A stretch of 64,000 nt of DNA from assembly GCF_000372725.1 (NCBI RefSeq), contig NW_005202368.1, positions 154,045 through 218,044 of the forward strand. The letters are read 5' to 3'. The number at the start of each line of letters is the position of its first letter. Positions within the stretch are counted from its first letter, which is position 1. The translations under genes and the position numbers were made by a program. Origin of the DNA: Emiliania huxleyi CCMP1516 (Eukaryota). Positions 23,829 through 33,544 of this stretch are shown here, in pieces. The notes beneath the pieces are model-generated. The model did no database searches and was not told the DNA's origin. It saw only the letters and a list, made by a program, of their open reading frames with translations.

Positions 23829-24288
23829 GTGGTCACACACACACACACATGACCACTCGGCAAAAATGTTGTCGGATGTGTCGTGAGATTCAGTGTGCGT
23901 TTTTTGGCAATTCCACTGCAATTGTAAATTGGTATGTACAAACAACATGTAAGATGCTCGCCACGATTGGACGAGGCGGCGTGGTTTCTTAATGCTACGT
24001 TTTCTTAATGCCCGCAACCCACTGTAGTAGTGCCCCAGTGCGCGCCAGTCAGTCAGTCCCGTGCCCAGTGTCGTGCGAGGGAGCTGTGTTGCCTCCTCCC
24101 CCGCCACCGCCCGCACCACTCCCCCGAGCGAGGTGTAATTCTCTCTCTCTGACTGTGGACATGAGCCGGACCGCCACACAGAGGAACGTTTTCTCGCGGC
24201 CGTCCCAACTGCCGCCCCAATTTTGGCTTTTGGGCTCTGACTTGCAATCTTCGGCCCCTTGCTCTTCGATCAGGACGTCCACCTCTCG

Positions 24289-24942
24289 ATGCTACTCGCG
24301 ATGTGGGCGACAGGCGCAGTTGCGGCTGAGGCGCAGCACGCCAACCGGCGCCAACTTGTAGGCAGGGGTCATTGCTTAGAAGCGGACGTCTACGGTCCCC
24401 AGATGACGGTGTGGGATCAGGTGCAGTACTTTACAAATCCCGACTTTGCGACTGCTCTGGTGAACACAGTGTACTGCGCACGGGCCGTCGCGCTTGCCGG
24501 GCTGGACTCGGTTCTGAACTCCGCGTCCCAAAACTACACGATCTTCTGTCCGTTGGATGCCGCGTTCCTTGATCTCGAGCAGACCGACAAGGCCCAATTT
24601 GACGCTCTGCTCAGCGACCCTACTGAGGCGCTCCGCATCATGAGCTTCCACGTTATTGATCATCTGGTCTTGTCGTCGTCGTTCCGGCATGGGGACGACG
24701 ACTATATGTTTACGGACAACGTCATCACGACCCACCTCGGCCCCGATGTTACGGTCCGCGGGTCCAGGACGGGACCATTCACACCGTCGATGGCGCCGAT
24801 GATGACCTCCGGAATGCCCTCGCAATCGCCTCGGATTGGGTCCACCGGGGACACTCTCGGGTCCTCTCCGTGGCATCACGAGCTTTTGCCGTCATTACCC
24901 GAGGATCTTTTTCTTGTTGCACTTTGGCTCTTTTGTGTTTAA
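24289..24942 (+). CDS. Fasciclin (FAS1) domain protein with signal peptide; C-terminus replaced by repeat DNA
   Basis: MLLAMWATGAVAA leader; AGLDSVLN...YTIFCPLDAAF...LRIMSFHVI...ITTHLG. From ~24777 the sequence matches the repeat at 18400-18503. Confidence 0.7.
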   Translation: MLLAMWATGAVAAEAQHANRRQLVGRGHCLEADVYGPQMTVWDQVQYFTNPDFATALVNTVYCARAVALAGLDSVLNSASQNYTIFCPLDAAFLDLEQTDKAQFDALLSDPTEALRIMSFHVIDHLVLSSSFRHGDDDYMFTDNVITTHLGPDVTVRGSRTGPFTPSMAPMMTSGMPSQSPRIGSTGDTLGSSPWHHELLPSLPEDLFLVALWLFCV

Positions 24943-24979
24943 ATTCTTTTCCTAGTGTCGGCCGCCGCACGCGTTGCGA

Positions 24980-25519
24980 ATGCTCAAGCTTTTGATCGAA
25001 GTCCCCTCCTTCTCCGACGAGGGCGGGCACACGCGCTACAAGGTGGCCACCGCCGCCGCCACCGAGGGAGCTGCGCCGACCGTCGCCTTTCGCCGCTTCT
25101 CCGAGTTTGAGAAGCTGCACGCTGCGCTCGGCATCGCGGTGCCTCTCCCGCCAAGCCGCCACCTCACCGCGTCGCCCAACTGCACCGCAACGCCTCGCCA
25201 CGCAACACCGCCGCGCCGCAAGCGCGACAGACCACCGCCTCACCACCTTTGCACGACATCGCCGTCCTCCGCGCAGGTGCCCTTCCCGGTGGCAAAGACG
25301 TACGGCATCAAGGGCGCGAGCGACGCGACCAAGCGGGAGCGGCGGCACAAGCTGCAGGAGTACCTGCGCCAGACCGCCGCAGCCTTCCCTGCCGACAACC
25401 CGCCGCAGGCCCTCCTCACCTTTCTGGGCTTCAAGCAGCCGACTGGAGCCGCGCGTTGCGCGTCAACCGGCGGCGCGGCGGCCGCAGCGGCGAGTGAGGA
25501 GGAGTGTCCCAGAAGCTGA
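24980..25519 (+). CDS. Small PX (phox homology) domain protein
   Basis: HTRYKV...VAFRRFSEFEKLHAAL...PFP.KT...ERRHKLQEYL...LLTFLG. In-frame GT-AG intron at 25139-25276. Confidence 0.8.
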   Translation: MLKLLIEVPSFSDEGGHTRYKVATAAATEGAAPTVAFRRFSEFEKLHAALGIAVPLPPSRHLTASPNCTATPRHATPPRRKRDRPPPHHLCTTSPSSAQVPFPVAKTYGIKGASDATKRERRHKLQEYLRQTAAAFPADNPPQALLTFLGFKQPTGAARCASTGGAAAAAASEEECPRS

Positions 25520-25805
25520 ATGCGTAGTCTTGTATTGCAAGTAGCGCTCAAGAGGACACGTGGTCGGCCGTATTCGACCGAACTCCAGCGGAGCTCCCTC
25601 TACTCGTACCCCTCGTGTCCACGCGGTGCTCGGAATACCTTGCACGCTCTCGCACTCCCGCGCTGACCCCGGCGTGTTCATGACGCAGCAGGAGTGCACC
25701 GAGCGGCGCGACTCGGATGGGTACATCCTCAGCGGCGCCGGCCTCGCTCAGTTTGCCGCTGCGGTGCCGACGGAGCCGCACGAGGCCCTCCGGACGTATT
25801 CATTT

Positions 25806-25911
<106 letters not shown>

Positions 25912-26149
25912 CATCTCTCGCAGTTTTTGGCGGGGTTTGCAGGCGAGACCCGAGACTTTTTGCAACTATAGTCCACATAGCCTCTACTGTGAGGAGCGGC
26001 GCACGTCGAGCTCGATGACTCGGGTCAGACTACACGGAATAAAAAACGCGCGTGCTCGCCGCTCTCGCGGGAGTGGCACAGGCGGCTCCCGAGTGTGCCT
26101 GTGTCAATGCCAGTGCGCACCAGTCGCGTTGCACCGAAATTCTTTCGTC

Positions 26150-26680
26150 GAACATTCCTCTGCAGGTCGGCGTGGGCCTCGCAGGCGGCGCTGAGGTGGC
26201 CGTGCAGCTCCTGTCGGAGCACCTGCGGCGCAACCCGGGCCACGCCGTCGCTTCGGACGACAAGCGGAATGGTTTTAACTCCATCTCGCGCGAGGCCATC
26301 TTTGCCGGTCTGCGCCGCTGGTACCCCGAGCTCATCCCCACGGTGGCGCTGTGGTACAAGGTCCCGCGCCGCCTCTTCCTCTTCAACGAGGAGGCGCGTG
26401 ACGGCGACGGCAACGTCTTCGTGTCGGCCGAGGGATGCGCGCAGGGAGACCCGCTCGGCCCGTTCCTCTTCGCCATCGGCTACCACTGGACGCTCCTCGA
26501 GATGCAAGTGCGCAACCCGTCCGCCCTCATTTTAGCCTACCTGGTCGTCTTTTGATGACACATACGTTGCGGATGCGCCGAGGCCTGCTCTCGAGGCGAT
26601 GCTCGAAGGCGACGACCTCGCTCGGAGGTGGAGCGGGGTGGAGAGCAACGTCAGCAAGCGTCAAATCTGGGCGCCGCGGT
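26150..26680 (+). mobile_element. Non-LTR retrotransposon reverse transcriptase fragment (CRE-like RLE clade), inactivated
   Basis: QVGVGLAGGAE, DKRNGFNSISR, GCAQGDPLGPFLFA, then YL/DD split by a 10-nt insertion. Continues as DDTYV...GVESNVSK in another frame. Confidence 0.85.
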
Positions 26681-26869
26681 GAAGCAGCTCAGGACCCCGC
26701 ACGCTCGAGCCCGCACGCGCGCAAGCCGTCGAGCGCGGGCTCGCGCAAAAATTCTTTTGTCCGCCATCGCACGACGATCGCAGCGGTTGGCCTCCTGGAA
26801 TATTGCAGTCGGTCACGTCCCCATCTTGGCCCGCCGGAGCGACGCCCCCGTGCGCCAGCGACGACTGCC

Positions 26870-27910
26870 TCATCTCGGGTTGCAGAGCACATTCTTCAGC
26901 CTCTGCGCGATCGCGATGCTGGCTTCGCCCTCGCCACGGCCGTCGAAGCAATCGCACGTCTCCTTGCAGTAAAAGTGGAGCGAATTTGCGCCGGGGCCCC
27001 AGATGACGTTCGGGTGGCTCTCGACCACCGCGTGCGCGTCCAAGATCTCGCCACCGTACCGGGCGACGGTCTTGCGAGCGATCGCATTGTAGATTTTTGC
27101 GTCCGAGTTGAAGCGAGGGCCTCGCCCGTTGTTTGATTGCTGCCACTTCGGACTCGCGTTCGCCAACGGCGTGCCCAGGCGGAACACAAGGCGCGCGGCC
27201 GGCGCGAGCCGGCGTAGCTGCACGAGGGCACGTTCGAGCTCGATGGTGTAGTCGGTGATGTTGTGGATCATCATCAGATCCCACGCCATAGATCCAAGCA
27301 CGACCACGTGGGGCGGCGGGTAGATACGAAAGTAATCGTCAATGTTGGCAGCGTGGTACCAAAAGGACGCGCGCTGACCGACCGAAAGGTGAATGTTGTT
27401 GACCTTACTCAGGTCGGAGAGCGATGTCAGGAAGCGATAGTGCAGCCGGTGCGAGCCCATCACACCGCACAGCACGTCGTTCCCTTTATTCCGTTTGGGG
27501 TCGCGTGCCGTGTGATTGAACGTCACCTGGGGAGCGTCGCCCACGCGAGTGCCGTGCTCGTCGAGGAAGAAGTCACGAAAAATGCCACGCATGATCGAGT
27601 CGCCCAGGAAGAGGATTGTAGCGCTGGGGCCGCAGAAGTCGACAAACTGAGAGCGCATGCCACTCGCGCTCTGCAGCTGCCCAGCACGCAGCCGGCCAAG
27701 GCAGTCAACCATCGTGCCGCGATCGTAGAAAGCAAATCTGCCTTCCTTGCATACCAGCGCATGTCTTGCGCGCTTGAATGGGATGCGGCACGCGTCCAAG
27801 CAGCTTCGTGCCGGCAGCCAGCTGACGCTCTCGTCGCCACGGCACAGCGAGCGGCCGTCCCCGCTCGGTGTAACTTCAGAGGCATTCACGCAGCACTGCT
27901 CACGCACCAT
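26870..27910 (-). CDS. SGNH/GDSL-fold protein (PC-esterase/TBL-like acyl esterase or transferase), intronless
   Basis: ILFLGDSIMR, PHVVVLGSMAWDL, YNAIAR...GGEILDA and NSLHF (variant of DxxH). Cys-rich N-terminus. Confidence 0.7.
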   Translation of the reverse strand: MVREQCCVNASEVTPSGDGRSLCRGDESVSWLPARSCLDACRIPFKRARHALVCKEGRFAFYDRGTMVDCLGRLRAGQLQSASGMRSQFVDFCGPSATILFLGDSIMRGIFRDFFLDEHGTRVGDAPQVTFNHTARDPKRNKGNDVLCGVMGSHRLHYRFLTSLSDLSKVNNIHLSVGQRASFWYHAANIDDYFRIYPPPHVVVLGSMAWDLMMIHNITDYTIELERALVQLRRLAPAARLVFRLGTPLANASPKWQQSNNGRGPRFNSDAKIYNAIARKTVARYGGEILDAHAVVESHPNVIWGPGANSLHFYCKETCDCFDGRGEGEASIAIAQRLKNVLCNPR

Positions 27911-28752
27911 GCCACCGGGTGAGAAGAGGTCTGCTCTGGCGCCTCAGCGACGATGCCGCCGATCGGGACGTAGAGCGACTTGGCCAGCGCCTGCTCGTGC
28001 GGTCGCGCTGCGGGGAACAGCGAGCGCGGGGCGAAAGCGCCGCCCGGCGGATGCGGTTTACGAACGAAGAAACAACTTTGACAAAAATTGGGGCTATCTG
28101 TTTATTCTGTCTATTTTTTCTGAGCTAGCCTTCACTCACACGCAAGGCTGGCACAGAAAGCAAGAAAACAGCAAAAAACCCTCGGATACTTTTTATTGAG
28201 CTTAGCCCTCGATGTTATGAAGCAAACGCAAGGCGGACATGGCATATCGCTCTCGGGCCCACAGACATACCTTGAAGGGTGATGACGGCCGCGCCATGGG
28301 AGGACATGAGCCGACCTGTGCCGCCGGCCTGCGCCTGCCCGAGCGCGTGCGCAGCGCGTGCGCCCATTGGTCTCTACATGTATCATCCTGCGGATGCGGT
28401 GGAGCCTACCTAGGGTGGAGCTGGCCAGCATTCGGACGCACTGGGTGGCCGGAGCGCCTCTCGCGTTTGCGCTCTGCCTAAAGCGCATGCAAGCACTACT
28501 TCCGCCCTCCTCACGAGCTGGAGGCAGAGAGAGAGAGAGAGAGAGATTTTCAATACCAAATGAGTGATTGTTTGGAGGCACGGTGTCCAGTGAGTGAGTG
28601 AGTGACGCTGCCGCGCGCGGAGACGCGGACACTGCGGCGGCCTTCGCAGCGCAGCGTCATGGAGCTAGCAGCCTCTATCGACGCCGCGCCAGGTCGCCGC
28701 GGAAGCAGCTCAGGACCCCGCGCGCTCGAGCCCGCACGCGCGCAAGCCGTCG

Positions 28753-29009
28753 TGGACCACCAAGAACTGGCACGGGCTGCAGATGCAGCGCTTGTCTGTC
28801 GTTCTCCACACCGCCGTGGCGTGGCAGACGGTGAACGAGCTAGCGTGCGGGGACAGCGGCATTGTGCACGGAGCTAAGTGCATTGCCGTTCTTAACGGAG
28901 TCGCTTAGGCGGCTCCGGTGGTGTGCCGGTGATAGTACTAGCACGCGCCAGTTCGCACCTGTGTCGAGCCTGTGTGCTGTGAGAGAGAGTTGTCTTGTTT
29001 AAATTCTTT
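28753..29009 (+). mobile_element. 3' end of the CRE-like non-LTR element
   Basis: Near-identical to 54909-55167 (WTTKNWHGLQMQRLSVVLHTAVAW plus the trailer). Confidence 0.8.
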
Positions 29010-29090
29010 AGTGCCAGTGCGAGCCAGTCCCGTGCCCAGTCCTGTGCCCAGTGTCGTGCGAGGGAGTTTTGTTGTAAAATTCTTTCGTCG

Positions 29091-32000
29091 ATGTCCCCAA
29101 CGAACGCCAGGCCACAGGCCAGTGGCAACCAGTGGCAACCAACGCAGCACCCGCAGCCTCTGTATCCGCAGCAGCATCCGCCGCATCCACAGTTTGTGCT
29201 TTCGTTGCCTCGCCACTCCTATCCTCGTCCGCCGCACCAGCAGCGGCAGTACTCAATTCGTCCGCCCGAGCTCATGCCACTACCACGGCACAGCGGCGCA
29301 GGAGTGGATCGCAGGCCCACTTGGCCGCCGCCGCCGCAAGCGCCGCAGCCGTGGCCACAGAACCGACAGCCGCAACCTCAGGCCTATCCGCAGCAGCCGC
29401 ACGCCTACCAGCACCTGCGCCCGCCGCGCCCGCCGCACCCGCCGCACCCGCCGCACCCGCCGCACCCGCCGCACCCGCAGTGTGTGCCGCTTTCTTTGAT
29501 GCCTCGCCACTCCTATCCTCCGCCGCATGGAACGCACCAGCAGCTGCAGTACTCCCTTCCGCCCGAGCACAGCGGCTCAGGAGTGGATCGCAGGCACAGC
29601 TGGCCGCCGCCGCCACTTCCGCCGCAGTCGCGGCCACAGTACCGATCACCACAACCTCAGGCCTATCCGCCGCAGCCGCACGCCTACCCGCACCTGCGCC
29701 CGCACCCACCGCCGCCCCACCCGCTACCGCCCCACCCGCTGCCGAGGCCTCCGGGCGGTGGTCTGGCGGGCGGTGGCAAGCGACCCCGCGACGAGTCGCT
29801 CGACCACAGCAGCTGGCGGCGCGACGAGCAACAGAGCAGCGACGCGCGCATTCGCGTCGAGCCCAGCCGTAGTGCTGCCGGTGGTCAGTGCAATGCTAAG
29901 CAGCTCAACAACCGCATCTCTGATGCCAGCGGCACCGAAGAGCTGCTCACGCTCTTCGCTGCCCACAGCACGGGCTTGGATCACATCCATGCAGGAAATT
30001 TGTGGAACAAGCTCGGCAAGCAGAACATTGAGCGGCGGCACGAGGAGCAGCTTGAGCAGCTGGTGCGACGTACGCTCGACCTCGTTTCGTCGTGCGAGGC
30101 GCGAACTCTGTCGAACATAGCTCACGGTGTTGCCAAATGCCGGCTGCCAGCGAGCGTGGTGAGCTCGCTGTTCGCAGCGCTGGCGGAGGCGGCGGTGCGC
30201 AGCGGGCTAGCTGGCTTCAGCCCTCAGAACGTGGCCAACATGGTGTGGGCGTATGCGACGGCGGGCGTAGCTGCAGACGCGCTGTATGCGGCGGTGGCGG
30301 AGGCGGCGGTGCGCGGCGGGCTGGCTCGCTTCAACCCGCAGGAGCTAGCCAATACGGTGTGGGCGTATGCGACGGCGGGCGTGGCAGCAGACGCGCTGTA
30401 TGCGGCGGCGGCGGAGGCGGCGGTGCGCGGCAGGCTGGCTGGCTTCACGCCTCAAAACTTGGCCAACACGGTGTGGGCGTACGCTACGGCGGGCGTGGCT
30501 GCGGACGCGCTGTACGCGGCGGTGGCGGAGGCGGCGGTGCGCGACAGGTTGGCTGGCTTCAATTCTCAGGACCTGTCCAACACGGTGTGGGCGTATGCGA
30601 CGGCGGGCGTGGCTGCAGACGCGCTGTACACAGCAGTGGCGGAGGCAGCGGTGCGTGGCGGGCTGGCTGGCTTCACGCCTCAGGCACTGTCCAACACGGT
30701 GTGGGCGTATGCGACGGCGGGTGTGGCAGCAGACGCGCTGTATGCGGCGGTGGCGGAGGCGGCGGCGCGCGGCGGGCTGGCTGGCTTCAACCCTCAGGCG
30801 CTGGCCAACACGGTGTGGGCGTATGCGACGGCGGGCGTGGCAGCAGACGCGCTGTATGCGGCGGTGGCGGAGGCGGCGGTGCGCGGCAGGCTGGCTGGCT
30901 TCACGCCTCAGAACTTGGCCAACACGGTGTGGGCGTACGCGACGGCGGGCGTGGCAGCAAATGCGCTGTATGCGGCGGTGGCGGAGGCGGCGGTGCGTGG
31001 CGGGCTGGCTGGCTTCAACCCTCAGAACCTGTCCATCACGGTGTGGGCGTATGCGACGGCGGGCGTGGCTGCGGACGCGCTGTACGCGGCGGTGGCGGAG
31101 GCGGCGGTGCGCAGCGGGTTTGCCGGCTTTACGCCTCAGAACCTGTCCAACACAGTGTGGGCGTACGCGACGGCGGGCGTGGCAGCAAATGCGCTGTATG
31201 CGGCGGTGGCGGAGGCGGCGGTGCGCGGCGGGCTGGCTGGCTTCAACCCGCAGGACCTGTCCATCACGGTGTGGGCGTATGCGACGGCGGGCGTGGCTGC
31301 GGACGCGCTGTACGCGGCGGTGGCGGAGGTGGCGGTGCGCGGCGGGCTGGCCGGCTTTACGCCTCAGAACTTGGCAAACACGGTGTGGGCGTATGCGACG
31401 GCGGGCGTGGCTGCAGACGCGCTGTATGCGGCGGTGGCGGAGGCGGCGGCGCGCAGTCGGCTGGCTGGCTTCGACCCTCAGGCGCTGTCCAACACGGTGT
31501 GGGCGTATGCGACGGCGGGCGTGGCTGCGGACGCGCTGTATGCGGCGGTGGCGGAGGCGGCAGTGCGCAGTCGGCTGGCTGGCTTCGACCCTCAGGCGCT
31601 GGCCAACACGGTGTGGGCGTATGCGACGGCGGGCGTAGCTGCAGACGCGCTGTATGCGGCGGTGGCGGAGGCGGCGATGCGCGACAAGCTGGCTGGCTTC
31701 AATTCTCAGAACTTGGCCAACATGGTGTGGGCGTATGCGACGGCAGATTATTGTCACCAGGCACTGCTTGCCCAGTGCCTGCGCACGGTCAGCGCCTCGC
31801 TTGCGCAGGATCCGTCAGGGTGGAGCTCTGAGCACCACTCTCAGTTGCACCAATGGCAGCTCTGGCTCTCCCTGGAGCGAGGCGAAGACGGGCAGCAGTA
31901 TCTCCTTCCCGACTCACAGCGCCAGCTTTGCCGCGACGCTATGGTCGCGAACTTAGCTCGGCCGTCAGGCTTGCAGCGCTCGGTTGCAGCTGCCCTCACC

Positions 32001-32291
32001 TCCGTCCAGCACGGCTTCGAGGAGGAGTGTCTCGAGCCGCTCACCGGCTACTCGCTCGACCTGGCGATACCCTCGACACGCATCGCGATCGAGGTGGACG
32101 GCCCCTTTCACTTCCTCCTGCCCGACGGCCGGGGCGTGCGCAGACCCAACGGGCCGACGCTGCTCAAGCGGCGCCTCCTCGCGGCGGCCGGCTGGCGGGT
32201 GATCAGCGTTCCATTCTTCGAGTGGGACGCCTTGCCGACGGCCAGCGAGCGGCAAACCTACCTGGAGAGGGCGGTCGCCCTGTCGGAGTAA
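29091..32291 (+). CDS. OPR (38-aa repeat)-RAP domain protein, intronless
   Basis: Duplicated P/Q/H-rich N-terminus; 14 tandem 38-aa repeats of the type LAGFxPQxLxNTVWAYATAGVAADALYAAVAEAAVRGG; RAP domain GYSLDLA...IAIEVDGPFHF...TLLKRRLL...GWRVISVPFFEW. Confidence 0.9.
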   Translation: MSPTNARPQASGNQWQPTQHPQPLYPQQHPPHPQFVLSLPRHSYPRPPHQQRQYSIRPPELMPLPRHSGAGVDRRPTWPPPPQAPQPWPQNRQPQPQAYPQQPHAYQHLRPPRPPHPPHPPHPPHPPHPQCVPLSLMPRHSYPPPHGTHQQLQYSLPPEHSGSGVDRRHSWPPPPLPPQSRPQYRSPQPQAYPPQPHAYPHLRPHPPPPHPLPPHPLPRPPGGGLAGGGKRPRDESLDHSSWRRDEQQSSDARIRVEPSRSAAGGQCNAKQLNNRISDASGTEELLTLFAAHSTGLDHIHAGNLWNKLGKQNIERRHEEQLEQLVRRTLDLVSSCEARTLSNIAHGVAKCRLPASVVSSLFAALAEAAVRSGLAGFSPQNVANMVWAYATAGVAADALYAAVAEAAVRGGLARFNPQELANTVWAYATAGVAADALYAAAAEAAVRGRLAGFTPQNLANTVWAYATAGVAADALYAAVAEAAVRDRLAGFNSQDLSNTVWAYATAGVAADALYTAVAEAAVRGGLAGFTPQALSNTVWAYATAGVAADALYAAVAEAAARGGLAGFNPQALANTVWAYATAGVAADALYAAVAEAAVRGRLAGFTPQNLANTVWAYATAGVAANALYAAVAEAAVRGGLAGFNPQNLSITVWAYATAGVAADALYAAVAEAAVRSGFAGFTPQNLSNTVWAYATAGVAANALYAAVAEAAVRGGLAGFNPQDLSITVWAYATAGVAADALYAAVAEVAVRGGLAGFTPQNLANTVWAYATAGVAADALYAAVAEAAARSRLAGFDPQALSNTVWAYATAGVAADALYAAVAEAAVRSRLAGFDPQALANTVWAYATAGVAADALYAAVAEAAMRDKLAGFNSQNLANMVWAYATADYCHQALLAQCLRTVSASLAQDPSGWSSEHHSQLHQWQLWLSLERGEDGQQYLLPDSQRQLCRDAMVANLARPSGLQRSVAAALTSVQHGFEEECLEPLTGYSLDLAIPSTRIAIEVDGPFHFLLPDGRGVRRPNGPTLLKRRLLAAAGWRVISVPFFEWDALPTASERQTYLERAVALSE

Positions 32292-32861
32292 GCTACGGTC
32301 CAGTATACAGCGGGGAAGGAAAGTAAAATGTGCAGCGCTCTACTTGGAGGAGCCCTCGATCTTGGGAATGAGAGTATACACACTGTCGCGCCCTTTTTTG
32401 CTTGATGTGAGCAAACCAAACGGTGAAAACGAAAAGTAGCCTCTGTACGTCGTAGAGCCGTACACACATCTTGGCTCTCACAGGGCCTGCAAGAACAGAG
32501 ATGCTCGCGCGCCCGTGTACCGTATAAGCCCCGTAGCCGTATCACGTAGCACACACCCAGAAGGACGTCCCAACGGCCGAGGAACAGGAGGGGTCCGGGG
32601 AGCCTCCCCGACAGCTCACTGCGGCTTTGCCTTCGCCCACGCCTTCTCGCTCGGCTTGCCCTCGCCGTAAAACTCGACGAACTCGGCGCAAGTGTAGAGA
32701 GCTGGCCCTCGCGCCGCTCCGCATCGGCGTCAACCGGGCCGTCGCCGGGCTCGCCGCCGTCGGCGGGCCCCGTAAGGGCGAGCGGCGGCGGCGCGTTGAG
32801 GTCCTATGGTGGAGAGGAGGAGGTAGCGAACTCAACTGAGTAGGCGGCGAGCAGTTGAGCG

Positions 32862-32960
<99 letters not shown>

Positions 32961-33544
32961 TGGCCAAGACGCAAGAGTCGCCTTCGTCATAGCCCCAGAG
33001 AGAGAGACGTGACGAGGCCGGCCCCAATTGCAGCCGAGCACACAGCTCCCCTTACGCCCTCACAGTGCAGTGTCAAATGTACACTCCCAGATCGAGAGAC
33101 GACTCCCGCGAAAGCACGGCTGGCATCCGTAGAAATACGTCCTAGGCGCTGATTGATTGATGGGAAGGCGAAACACAGTCCGACCAACGACTGGGACACC
33201 AACGCGGTATGGGTGGACGCAGGACGGGCGATGACGGTCACACAGGAGCGACACACAGAACCACAAGACAAGACACTCAGCCGAACTGACTGCCACACAT
33301 CCTGAGCGAACTTCCCTAGTCACCCGCGGCCGGACTCCATCCGGCACGCGTCGCTGGGCGCTCAGAGCCGCGTCCCCTGCTCGCCACCCCGACGCCTAAG
33401 GCGCTGTGCGCCTGGTCTGTGTTCACTGTGGAACCACTACCTGGTACTCGTGCAGCCACAACTTCTGGGCCCAGGCTGCGGCTGGCCGCTGCCTCCCTCG
33501 GCGCGGCCAGATAACCGTCGATTTTTGCAGACGCAGGCCAGACG

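Noticed and set aside
23900..24010. Possible hAT transposase C-terminal remnant (RASYMLFVHTNLQL, minus strand)
   Set aside because: Too short, and no TIR pair or 8-bp TSD found; not supportable as a feature.
26150..26680. Retron, DGR or group II intron RT
   Set aside because: The motifs (QxGVG..GGAE, NGFNSISR, QGDPLGP.LF) and the associated RLE-type C-terminus fit CRE-like non-LTR retrotransposons, and no template/variable repeat pair or ncRNA is evident.
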